64,000 nucleotides of DNA from Alistipes sp. CAG:831 (GTDB lineage Bacteria; Bacteroidota; Bacteroidia; Bacteroidales; UBA932). The notes beneath the pieces are model-generated. The model did no database searches. It had not been told where the DNA came from and worked only from the letters and a program-made list of their open reading frames with translations. Positions 12,409-21,622 of the stretch are shown in pieces. Where the stretch lies: positions 44,683 to 108,682 of the forward strand of contig HF990416.1 of NCBI GenBank assembly GCA_000432775.1, written 5' to 3'. The translations under genes were made by a program, and so were the position numbers. The number at the start of each line of letters is the position of its first letter. The stretch's first letter is position 1.

Positions 12409-12579
12409 CTAAATTTTGTAGGGGAGGAAACGCATTGACTAACCTAATGATTGTCAGGCATATAATTCTTCATCACCCCGCCGTAAGCGATTCCAAATGG
12501 CTCACGGGAATACTCTAAAATACCAATACACAGCATATCAATTACTTAACAACAATGTTTCCTCCCCGATAAAATTTAG
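12409..12579. repeat. Second family of TIR-bounded element (CTAAATTTTGTAGGGGAGGAAACGCATTG / CAATGTTTCCTCCCCGATAAAATTTAG), 171 bp
   Basis: ~28-bp imperfect terminal inverted repeats separated by ~115 bp of non-coding sequence. Confidence 0.5.
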
Positions 12580-12770
12580 TTCCTTTCTACTATGCATCGG
12601 CAGACAGGCAAACCGGGAACGCCCATCGGACAGACCCCATCGGGACCAGCCGAGCAAGACCGGGAAATCAACACAGAACCCGCACCGGGCAATCCGATAA
12701 CCGGTTCTCTTTCTATGCCGTGGAAGGGCTCTACCAAGGCCATACGGCCTCACATGGTGCTATACAGCCG

Positions 12771-14369
12771 TCAAACCTTCGTGAGAGCAGCCTGAATGAC
12801 GTTGTCAATCGCAGCGATGATGGGATAGAAGGCCCTGTCGTCCAAAGGAGAGTAGCGGCCTATGAGGGCCCGGAGCTGGATGAGGACGATATCTCCCGAG
12901 ACGGCCCACTGACGCGAATCGACGGAAACACCGCACCGCGAAAGATATGACAGGAAGCCTTCCTCCAGATTCATGCTGTCCAGCAAGACATTCAGCTCAT
13001 CCAGGTTATCTACCCCGCGCAGTTGCCGGCGGTACATGTCCGCAACCTCCGAAGAGTATTTGACTGCCAGGGCCTGACGGTTGATACGCACCAGCAGGTC
13101 CGTCACTCCGACAGTGTCCACGGGGACGAACACATCGGGGATGATGCCGCCTCCGCCGTAGACCACCTTGCCTTTGGGCGTCACATAGCGCAGGGAGTCG
13201 TTGCGCACTATGCTGTCCGCACTGGTCATCTCCCCATGCTCGTATCTTTCATAGATATCGTAGACATATCCCAGATCATCTCCGGGAACGTAAGGCTTCT
13301 GGATGCATCTGCCGGTAGCGGTATAGAAACGGGCCACAGTCAGGCGGATACCAGAGTTGTCGGTAAAGAATATAGGTTCCTGGACCATACCCTTGCCGTA
13401 GGTGCGGCGGCCGTAGATTACCGCCCGGTCATTGTCCTGCATGGCACCTGCGAATATCTCGCTGGATGAGGCACTGCCCTCGTTGACCAGCACGGAAAGC
13501 TGCACGTCCAGGCACTTACCGCTGCCGTCCGCATAGAAATTCTGTCGCGGGCGGTGCGCTCCTTCCATATAGACTATAAGGCTTCCCTCAGGCAGAAACT
13601 CGTTGGAAAGCGGCAGGGCCTGGTCCAGGTATCCTCCGGTATTGTCCCTCAGGTCGAATATCAGCCGTGTCATCCCGGCCTCAAGCATAGGAGGCAGGGC
13701 TGTGGAGAACTCCGCGTAGCTGGTACGGGTGAATTTGGAGAGTTTCATGTATCCGGTAGTATCGTCTATCATGTAGGCCACGTCGATACTCTTGACAGGT
13801 ATCTTGTCCCGGATGACGTCGAACTCTACCATCTCCCTGTCCCTCATGATTCCCAGATGAACGGTAGTTCCCGAAACTCCCTTGAGCATTCCCACCAGGG
13901 AGTCCTGATTGATCTTCACCCCGGCCACAACGCGACCGTCCACCGATATGATACGGTCTCCGGATATCAGCCCTGCCCGCTCGGAGGGTCCGCCGGCTAT
14001 CACACTGATGATGATGGCAGTATCTTCCGGCACGTTGAATGTCACCCCGATACCGTCGAAGTTGCCTTCCAGCTCGGCATTGGCCTCCTCGAGACTCTTG
14101 GGCGGCAGGTAGACCGAGTGCGGATCGAGTTCACGGAGTATAAGCGGCAGGATATCCTCGGTCACCTTGTCATAGTCTATGCTGTCCACATAGTTCTGCT
14201 CTATCTGCTCCAGCACCAGCTTTACCTTGTCCCAGCCGTGGCCGGACTCCAGCATGGCCTGACGCTCCGCCCTACGGTTCATGAGATTGGCCAGAATGCC
14301 TCCGGCCATGAGCAGAATCAGCGCCCAGAGGACATTCCTGAGAATCTTTAATCTATCAGGTTCAGGCAT
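12771..14369 (-). CDS. S41 family C-terminal processing peptidase (tail-specific protease, with PDZ domain)
   Basis: N-terminal signal/TM, PDZ (GLISGDRIISVDGRVVAGV), S41 catalytic region. Confidence 0.85.
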   Translation of the reverse strand: MPEPDRLKILRNVLWALILLMAGGILANLMNRRAERQAMLESGHGWDKVKLVLEQIEQNYVDSIDYDKVTEDILPLILRELDPHSVYLPPKSLEEANAELEGNFDGIGVTFNVPEDTAIIISVIAGGPSERAGLISGDRIISVDGRVVAGVKINQDSLVGMLKGVSGTTVHLGIMRDREMVEFDVIRDKIPVKSIDVAYMIDDTTGYMKLSKFTRTSYAEFSTALPPMLEAGMTRLIFDLRDNTGGYLDQALPLSNEFLPEGSLIVYMEGAHRPRQNFYADGSGKCLDVQLSVLVNEGSASSSEIFAGAMQDNDRAVIYGRRTYGKGMVQEPIFFTDNSGIRLTVARFYTATGRCIQKPYVPGDDLGYVYDIYERYEHGEMTSADSIVRNDSLRYVTPKGKVVYGGGGIIPDVFVPVDTVGVTDLLVRINRQALAVKYSSEVADMYRRQLRGVDNLDELNVLLDSMNLEEGFLSYLSRCGVSVDSRQWAVSGDIVLIQLRALIGRYSPLDDRAFYPIIAAIDNVIQAALTKV

Positions 14370-14371
14370 GG

Positions 14372-14794
14372 CTACGGCATATCATATTTGCAGACCTCGA
14401 CACCTGCCCTGCGCAGCAGTTCGATACCGTCCCGCACACTGTACTCGATAAGATATACGACCCGCCTGATACCGGCCTGGATGATGAGCTTGGCGCACTC
14501 CATGCAGGGGGCGTCGGTAACATAGAGGGTCGCACCCTGGCTGTTGTTGCCGGACTTGGCCACCTTGGTGATGGCGTTGGCCTCGGCGTGCAGCACGTAG
14601 GGCTTGGTCTTGCCTGTAGCGGGATCCTCGCAGATATTCTCGAAGCCGGCGGGGGTCCCGTTGAAACCGTCCGAGATGATCATCCGGTCCTTGACCAGGA
14701 GGGCCCCCACCTTCCTGCGGGTACAGTAGGAGTTTTTCGCCCATACCCTGGCCATTTCCAGATAGCTGCGGTCAAACTGCTCTTGTTTGGTCAT
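14372..14794 (-). CDS. dCMP deaminase (CMP/dCMP deaminase zinc-binding family)
   Basis: HAEANAI...PCMECAKLIIQAGIRRVVY zinc-binding motifs. Confidence 0.8.
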   Translation of the reverse strand: MTKQEQFDRSYLEMARVWAKNSYCTRRKVGALLVKDRMIISDGFNGTPAGFENICEDPATGKTKPYVLHAEANAITKVAKSGNNSQGATLYVTDAPCMECAKLIIQAGIRRVVYLIEYSVRDGIELLRRAGVEVCKYDMP

Positions 14795-14813
14795 ATTGTC
14801 CTATATAAATAAA

Positions 14814-16514
14814 CTAATTGTTGTTTCGCTGATAGAGATATCTCTTGATGCTCTTCTTGGGGGTCTTCTCGAACTCCTCGGGGAAGAGCTCGACGGCTCC
14901 CACCTTGCAGTAATTGGGCTGATGGGTGTTCATCTCCTTGACGCTCTGCTGTATCCTGGCCAGCATCTCGTCCTTGGTAAGCCCGTCGGCGGCAGCCAGC
15001 TCGGTGTCGGCATAGACCAGGGCGCGGAGTCCGCCGTTGTCCTCTATCACGAGGGACTCGATTACGTAGGGCATATTGTTGATCTCGCCCTCAATCTCCT
15101 CGGGATAGATGTTCTGTCCGGAAGGACCGAGAATCATGCTCTTGCAGCGGCCTTTGATGAACAGGAATCCGTCGGAGTCAATCACACCCATGTCTCCGGT
15201 ACGGAACCAGCCGTCTTCGGTAAATGCCTCGGCAGTAGCCTCTTCGTTCTTGTAATAGCCCAGGAAGACGTTGTCGCCCTTGACCAGAATCTCACCGGGC
15301 ACGTTCTGGGGATCGGCAGAATCTATCATAATCTGCATCCTCGGGGCAGCCTTGCCGCAGGAGTAGAGCTTGGTCTGGTTCCAGCGGGCGTATGTGATGA
15401 TGGGGCCGCACTCTGTCATCCCGTAGCCCACGGTGAATCGGAATCCGATACGGCGGAAGAATGCCTCGGCCTCGCGGTTGAAGGCTGCACCTCCGATAAT
15501 CACCTCGTCGAACTTGCCGCCGAAGGCCTCGTCGAGCTGGTTGTTGATCTTCTTGAGTATCTTCTCGTCGATGACGGGAAGCCTGAGCAGCAGGCGGATG
15601 TCCCTGCGGTTGATGATAGGCTCGAGCTTCTTCTTGTAAATCTTCTCGATGACCAGAGGTACGGTGACGATAAGGTCGGGCTTGACGGAGCCCATGGCGT
15701 CGAGGATGATCTTGGGTGTCGGAAGTCTGGTGAGGAAATGCACGTGGCTGCCGGAGCAGAACTCCACCAGGAACTCGAACATCATACCGTACATGTGGGC
15801 GGTGGGGAGCATGGACACGCAGTTGGAGGCATTGTCCAGATGGCCGTGCACCTCGAAGCCGAAAAGGACGTTCGAGAGCAGGGAACGGTACGGCAGCATG
15901 ACCCCTTTGGAGAATCCGGAAGTCCCGGAGGTATAGTTGATCATGGCCAGCTCCTCGGGGGAGTCCTCGTAGTAATTTACACAGTCCGGATGGAAGCTCC
16001 GGGGATATTTCTTGCCAAAGAGCTCGTTGAGGTGCTCCCGGGTATGGGTTATCTTCTCATTGGAAGCATAGAGCAGGGAAAAATCGTTCATCAGGATGAT
16101 GGCGTCGAGGCCGGGCATCTCCGACTGGGAGAGACCTTCCCACACCATGTCACCCACAAAGAAGACGCGGGCTTCGGAGTGGTTCACCAGATGATAGATG
16201 TTTCCGCTCTTGAACTCGTGCAGCAGGGGAACGGGCACGGCTCCGTAGGTCAGGGCGGCCAGGAATGATACGGCCCAGTTGGCCTGGTTCCTGGAGCAGA
16301 TGGCGATCTTGTCGCCGCGCTGCAGTCCGCACATCTCGAGCATGATGTGGATCTTCTCGATCCTGCGGGCCACGTCCCGGTAGTAGAGGGTCACTCCGTT
16401 GTAGTCGGAGAGCGCGGGGCAGTCCCAGTTCTTCTTGATGCTCGCTTCGATGATCTTGTTCAGTGATTTAGGCTGTTCCATACTGTAGGTTTTAGTAGTG
16501 TTGCTGTTATTCAT
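14814..16514 (-). CDS. AMP-dependent synthetase/ligase (long-chain fatty acid--CoA ligase-like)
   Basis: AMP-binding motif YTSGTSGFSKGV and adenylation core GYGMTE. Confidence 0.8.
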   Translation of the reverse strand: MNNSNTTKTYSMEQPKSLNKIIEASIKKNWDCPALSDYNGVTLYYRDVARRIEKIHIMLEMCGLQRGDKIAICSRNQANWAVSFLAALTYGAVPVPLLHEFKSGNIYHLVNHSEARVFFVGDMVWEGLSQSEMPGLDAIILMNDFSLLYASNEKITHTREHLNELFGKKYPRSFHPDCVNYYEDSPEELAMINYTSGTSGFSKGVMLPYRSLLSNVLFGFEVHGHLDNASNCVSMLPTAHMYGMMFEFLVEFCSGSHVHFLTRLPTPKIILDAMGSVKPDLIVTVPLVIEKIYKKKLEPIINRRDIRLLLRLPVIDEKILKKINNQLDEAFGGKFDEVIIGGAAFNREAEAFFRRIGFRFTVGYGMTECGPIITYARWNQTKLYSCGKAAPRMQIMIDSADPQNVPGEILVKGDNVFLGYYKNEEATAEAFTEDGWFRTGDMGVIDSDGFLFIKGRCKSMILGPSGQNIYPEEIEGEINNMPYVIESLVIEDNGGLRALVYADTELAAADGLTKDEMLARIQQSVKEMNTHQPNYCKVGAVELFPEEFEKTPKKSIKRYLYQRNNN

Positions 16515-16529
16515 AATCTCAGTCTGTTT

Positions 16530-18356
16530 CTAGTTGAATGTCTGCATCTCGCACAGGTGGGAGTAGAGTCCGCCAGCGGCCAGGAGCGCCTGATGGGTAC
16601 CTCTCTCCACGATACGGCCCTCCTTCATGACGAGTATCTCGTCGGCATGCTGAATAGTGGAAAGACGGTGGGCAATGACTATGGAAGTGCGGTTCTCCAT
16701 CAGTTTGGTAAGGGCGTCCTGAACCAGACGCTCGCTCTCGGTATCGAGGGCCGAAGTGGCCTCGTCCAGGATAAGGATCGGAGGGTTCTTGAGCACCGCA
16801 CGGGCTATGGCGATCCTCTGCCTCTGGCCGCCGGAAAGCTTGCCTCCGCGGTCTCCGATATTGGTGTCATAGCCGTTCTCCATCTGCGATATGAATTCGT
16901 GGGCATTGGCGATTCTGGCCGCACGGATGACATCCTCCTCGGGTACGTTCTCCATTCCGAAGGTGATGTTGTTGCGGACAGTGTCATTGAAGAGTATCGC
17001 CTCCTGGGTCACGATGCCCATAAGGGATATGAGTTCCTTGGGATAGTACTGACGGATATCCGTACCGTCTATGAAGATGCCGCCGTCAGTGACATCGTAG
17101 AACCTGGGCAACAGGTCCGCGAATGTGGACTTGCCGGCCCCGGAGGGTCCCACAATAGCGACCATCCTGCCTTTGGGAATCGTGACATCTATATCCTTGA
17201 GCACATAGTCCGTGGAATACTTGAATGATACATGGCGGTACTCGACAGCCTCCCTGAACTCGGAGATATGCACCGGATGGTCTGCCTTGCGGATTGAGGG
17301 CACTGCATCCAGTATGGCGAATATCCTGTTGCCGGAGACCAGCCCCTTCTGCACGTTGGAATAGGCTGCGGCTATGGCCTTGGACGGCTCCAGCACCCTC
17401 CAGTAGAAGGCTATGTACACGATAAAGCCGGAAAGACTCATGCCCAGCTCGCCTTTCATCTGCAGAATTCCGCCATAGAAGAGCACAGCGGCAGCCACGG
17501 ATATGCCCAGGAATTCGGACAGGGGCGAGGCCAGTTCCTGGCGGGTGTACATGGACCGGCTCACATTCTTGTGTTCCTCATTAGTGCGGTCAAAGTGGTC
17601 TCTCACATATTTCTGGGCATTGAAGGCCTTGATGATTCTGGCTCCCGAAATCGCCTCCTCGAAATGGCTGATGATCTGTCCCATCAGCGCCTGTGTCCTG
17701 GTAGCTCCGCGCTTGAGCTTACGGGTGACGGCCCCGATGACGAATGCCGAGATGGGCAGGGTTATCAGCGTCAGTATAGTCAGCTTGGGCGACATGTAGA
17801 ACAGACCTATCAGAAAGCCTATGATGAGCAGCGGCTCGCGGAAAAGTATGTGAAAGCTGCTGGCGACGCTGTTCTGCACCTCGTTCACGTCATTGGAGAC
17901 GCTGGAGAGAATGTCCCCGGTACGCTTCTGCTTGAAATAATCGACGTTGAGCCGCGTAATCTTGTTGAACAGGTCCGTGCGGATGTTCTTCATCACGTAG
18001 GTCTTCATGTTGACCAGTATCTTCTGGGAGAGGAACCTTGTCAAGTTGGAGAGGAATGATGTGATTATCAGGACCACACACACGAACATCAGCCCCTTTA
18101 GAGGACCACTGGCCTCCAGTATCTTTGTAAGGTAATACTGGAACACGCCATAGAAATATTCCACGGTCAGGGAAAATTCCGGCATGGTTGAGAACTTCTC
18201 CACTGCATCCGGATCGAACAGTACCTCCAGCAGAGGCTTGATCAGAGCATAGTTTACTACGCCGAATATTACGGACAATATGGAAAAAGCCAGATACCCG
18301 GGCCAGAAGCGGCTGTAGGGCTTGGCGTATGAAAGAATTCGTTTGAATGCACTCAT
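16530..18356 (-). CDS. ABC transporter permease/ATP-binding protein (MsbA-like lipid exporter)
   Basis: Six-TM N-terminal domain. Walker A GPSGAGKST, signature LSGGQRQR, Walker B ILILDEATSALD. Confidence 0.85.
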   Translation of the reverse strand: MSAFKRILSYAKPYSRFWPGYLAFSILSVIFGVVNYALIKPLLEVLFDPDAVEKFSTMPEFSLTVEYFYGVFQYYLTKILEASGPLKGLMFVCVVLIITSFLSNLTRFLSQKILVNMKTYVMKNIRTDLFNKITRLNVDYFKQKRTGDILSSVSNDVNEVQNSVASSFHILFREPLLIIGFLIGLFYMSPKLTILTLITLPISAFVIGAVTRKLKRGATRTQALMGQIISHFEEAISGARIIKAFNAQKYVRDHFDRTNEEHKNVSRSMYTRQELASPLSEFLGISVAAAVLFYGGILQMKGELGMSLSGFIVYIAFYWRVLEPSKAIAAAYSNVQKGLVSGNRIFAILDAVPSIRKADHPVHISEFREAVEYRHVSFKYSTDYVLKDIDVTIPKGRMVAIVGPSGAGKSTFADLLPRFYDVTDGGIFIDGTDIRQYYPKELISLMGIVTQEAILFNDTVRNNITFGMENVPEEDVIRAARIANAHEFISQMENGYDTNIGDRGGKLSGGQRQRIAIARAVLKNPPILILDEATSALDTESERLVQDALTKLMENRTSIVIAHRLSTIQHADEILVMKEGRIVERGTHQALLAAGGLYSHLCEMQTFN

Positions 18357-18374
18357 CAGTAATCTCTGCTAAAT

Positions 18375-18608
18375 CTATTTCTTCTTCTCGTCCACTTCCT
18401 CGAAGTCCACATACTCTCCTACGTGGTCCCCGAATATCTTTTCTCCGGCAGCAGCGTCCTGGCCTGATACCGTAACCTCGCCCTCGCGGTTTTCCCTGCG
18501 GCGTCCGAAATTCCGGATCCGCCCGTGGATAATTTTGAGAAACAGGAGCGGCAGGGCGATGACAAGCACCAGCGCACCTATGATAAATGTCACTACAAGA
18601 CTTAACAT
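18375..18608 (-). CDS. Small membrane protein (DUF4834-like; single TM helix, basic juxtamembrane region and acidic C-terminus)
   Basis: MLSLVVTFIIGALVLVIALPLLFL...GEYVDFEEVDEKKK. 13-nt gap to the neighbouring genes. Confidence 0.5.
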   Translation of the reverse strand: MLSLVVTFIIGALVLVIALPLLFLKIIHGRIRNFGRRRENREGEVTVSGQDAAAGEKIFGDHVGEYVDFEEVDEKKK

Positions 18609-18621
18609 ATCTACTATATCT

Positions 18622-20865
18622 CTATCGTTTCCTGAACGAACCGTCGCTCAGGTCCAGAATCACTGCACGTCCGTCAGCCGTTGTGACTCCCACCTCATGG
18701 GAGGAAAGAGGCTCGACCTGCGTATCTCTGGTCAGTTTGCGTTTCTTGCTGAAATCTGCACATATCGTGCCATCCGCACGGTAAATCAGGGTCTGATAGG
18801 AAGTCCTCACTACCCAATAGATACCGTCTCCCACCTTTACCTGCTCCGGCAGCGATACTATGCGCTCAGCCAGAGTGACCGGATTCCAACCCGGAACCGG
18901 TTTACCGTCTATGTCATACTGCATCAGAGTATTGTCCGTGTGCAGCACCATCAGGGTATAATTCTTGTTTCCCTTGAAATCGTACACGTCCGGACCGAGA
19001 AGTATCTCCTTGCCCAGGCTTATGGGGAAACGTCCTACCGTGCGTCCCAGACGGTCCAGAAGATGAATGTTCTCCCCGGCACCGAAAAGCATCTGCAGCT
19101 TATTGTTCTTAAGATAATCTATCTGCCTCACTGTTCCGCAGAGCGGCTTGTCGAACTTGACTGTCCACACCGGACGGCGGGAACTGTTGAGCAGACGTAT
19201 GTCATGGTTGTCCAACTGCTCCAGGTAATTGGTGGAGCCGTCGATAAAATTCTTGACCTTAAATGGTCCTTCCGGCACTTTCACCGGTACATCCTCCACT
19301 ATCGCAGGTACTTCCCCCTCAGCAGCACCCTTAGGCTGAGGCAGTGCATCCAGATTCTCCCTGTACACGGAAGATCTTATACCCAGCGAATTGCTCACTT
19401 TGAACATATTGACGGACAGGAACTCAAAATTGGAGTTGCCCATATGCCGTCTCAGAATCCCGGTATAGGGTTCCCTCAGGAATGAGGCCAGGGTATCAGC
19501 ATATCTCCCCACGTTGACGATCAGCGACATATTCGAAAGTTCCCTGAGCTCGTCAGCGGCCGGTGTCTGCGCAAGATAGTCCGACAGAGAGAAAAATGTG
19601 CCCTGCGCCATGGCCTTCTGCATGGAGGTTATTTCCTCCTTGCCGCCGACTAAAATCCACTCTCCCGCCGAGCACCAGCTCTCTTCGGAGGAGGGGGCGA
19701 AGACATTGCCCAGCAGGGCCTTCACGTACCCTTTGAAACGGTACGGACTGACAGGAGTATCATAACTGCCCATCGCCTCCCTGCTCCGGACTCTCATTGC
19801 CAGAATCTTCCTCTCCCCTATCCCGTCAAAAGGAGCCGAGAACACTGCTATCTCACTAAGGCCCAACGACTCTACGAACTTGGACGTAGTCATTCCGCCG
19901 GTATCTCCCGACGGCAGCACCGAATTGATGTAGTCGTAGTCTTTCTTCTGCCCTACGGCAGCGATATATGCATCGTATGCCCTGATATAATCAGGATAGG
20001 ACGTAAGGGGAATCGTAAGTACATAGGAGGAGGTATGGGGCACTACCGTAAATGCCTCGGGCTTCCTACCCCTCTGGGAAAGAAGGACATCAGAGAAATT
20101 CTCCCCGGAGCGCACACCCAGGACCCTGCCGTCGAAGGACAGCGGGGAATCCCCGTCGCCCTCACCGAACGCACCCCAGTCGGCGAAACTCTGGAAAAAT
20201 GAGGCATACTTCACATATCCGGTTCCGGCTGCTCCTGAGAAGATTTTCCCGAGATTGTTGAAGCTGACATGCAGCACGCCTCTGTCGGAGGTCACCCCGG
20301 CTATTTTGGAGTACAGGGGATCGTCCTTGATTGAGGTCCCGGTCTCCAGATGACGCAGGGAAGACTCGACGATCACCAGCGAGGGGCTGGCTATAAGAAA
20401 ATGGCCGTATACCGCGAAGGAAGCATCAGGCACTGCGGACTTGTGGACTGTCACCGAGCCGTAACGCTTGTCCACCACACCGCCGCACTCCCTGAGTATC
20501 CGGTCCATGAATGCCCCGGCATCCTCGTCCCCGGGCAGGGAAAGGACCAGCAGGGGCGAGACAGCATTCTTGCTGGAATAGTGCATGGAAAGAGCGGCCT
20601 CCCATTCTGACGCAGCGTCGGGAATGCATCCCAGCAGTCTGCCGAGTGCACTCCCGTCGTCGGTCAGTTTATCTATTTCTGACAATGAACCGGCTTCGAA
20701 GAGGAATATCGCATCGGACGGGACAGCCTCCACTCCGTCAGTCAGCCGGTCTGTCCTGACAGTATTCCCCTCATCTCTGAAAAACAGAGAGAAAAAGAGC
20801 CAGCCGATACCCGCGAGCAGCAGTACCGTAACTACCGTACAGATGATTATACTCCTCCTGTTCAT
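18622..20865 (-). CDS. Hypothetical 747-aa membrane-anchored protein (N-terminal TM, large periplasmic/extracytoplasmic domain with beta-propeller-like C-terminal repeats)
   Basis: Long ORF with strong codon usage, N-terminal TM, no recognisable catalytic motifs. Confidence 0.6.
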   Translation of the reverse strand: MNRRSIIICTVVTVLLLAGIGWLFFSLFFRDEGNTVRTDRLTDGVEAVPSDAIFLFEAGSLSEIDKLTDDGSALGRLLGCIPDAASEWEAALSMHYSSKNAVSPLLVLSLPGDEDAGAFMDRILRECGGVVDKRYGSVTVHKSAVPDASFAVYGHFLIASPSLVIVESSLRHLETGTSIKDDPLYSKIAGVTSDRGVLHVSFNNLGKIFSGAAGTGYVKYASFFQSFADWGAFGEGDGDSPLSFDGRVLGVRSGENFSDVLLSQRGRKPEAFTVVPHTSSYVLTIPLTSYPDYIRAYDAYIAAVGQKKDYDYINSVLPSGDTGGMTTSKFVESLGLSEIAVFSAPFDGIGERKILAMRVRSREAMGSYDTPVSPYRFKGYVKALLGNVFAPSSEESWCSAGEWILVGGKEEITSMQKAMAQGTFFSLSDYLAQTPAADELRELSNMSLIVNVGRYADTLASFLREPYTGILRRHMGNSNFEFLSVNMFKVSNSLGIRSSVYRENLDALPQPKGAAEGEVPAIVEDVPVKVPEGPFKVKNFIDGSTNYLEQLDNHDIRLLNSSRRPVWTVKFDKPLCGTVRQIDYLKNNKLQMLFGAGENIHLLDRLGRTVGRFPISLGKEILLGPDVYDFKGNKNYTLMVLHTDNTLMQYDIDGKPVPGWNPVTLAERIVSLPEQVKVGDGIYWVVRTSYQTLIYRADGTICADFSKKRKLTRDTQVEPLSSHEVGVTTADGRAVILDLSDGSFRKR

Positions 20866-20881
20866 CGTCCTGTGCGTTTAC

Positions 20882-21622
20882 TTATTTCTTGTCATTCTCA
20901 GGTTCCTCGACAGCCTTGGAAACATTGATGAGCTCCACGTCGAAGATCAGGACGCTGTTGCCGGGAATAGGGCCCGTACCGCGCTGACCGTAACCGAGGT
21001 CAGAGGGAATGAACAGACGGATCTTACCGCCCTCCTTGATATATGTGAGGCCCTCGCCCCAGCCCTTGATCACTCTGTTGAGGGGGAATGTGGTGGTCTC
21101 GCCCCTCTCATAGGAAGAATCGAATACCGTTCCGTCAAGCAGACGGCCCTCATAATTCACCTCGACTGTATCCTTGGGACCGGGAGCCACTCCTGTACCT
21201 TCGTTCTCAATGATATACTGCAGGCCGCTCTCAGTCTCCACCACGCCTTCCTTTTCCTTGTTGGCTGCCAGGAACTCCTTGCCCTCCTCGAGGGTGCGCT
21301 CTGCCAGATATACCTGCTGCACCATAAGATGATTCTGGATAATCATGCTGAGCTTGGTCTCGTCAAGCATGGTCTCCTTGCCGTCGAGCACATCCATGAA
21401 TCCTTTCCTGAGCTGCCCGAGGTCCACCTCACCGAACGGGGAGCTGGTCATCATCTTTCCATAGTACATACCGAGGGCATAGCTGACTGTGTCTATGTCC
21501 GCTGATGTAATTTCAGGGGCTTTTTTACCTTTCTGATAAGTTCCTGCGCAGGAAGAGAGCGCGAGTACTGCCGCACAGGAGGCGGCGATTACAAATGCAA
21601 ATCTTTTCATTTTAAATGACAT
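20882..21622 (-). CDS. FKBP-type peptidyl-prolyl cis-trans isomerase (FkpA-like lipoprotein)
   Basis: Lipobox LSSCAG and the FKBP domain VEVNYEGRLLDGTVFDSSYERGETTTFPLNRVIKGWGEG...GSVLIFDVELINV. Confidence 0.85.
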   Translation of the reverse strand: MSFKMKRFAFVIAASCAAVLALSSCAGTYQKGKKAPEITSADIDTVSYALGMYYGKMMTSSPFGEVDLGQLRKGFMDVLDGKETMLDETKLSMIIQNHLMVQQVYLAERTLEEGKEFLAANKEKEGVVETESGLQYIIENEGTGVAPGPKDTVEVNYEGRLLDGTVFDSSYERGETTTFPLNRVIKGWGEGLTYIKEGGKIRLFIPSDLGYGQRGTGPIPGNSVLIFDVELINVSKAVEEPENDKK

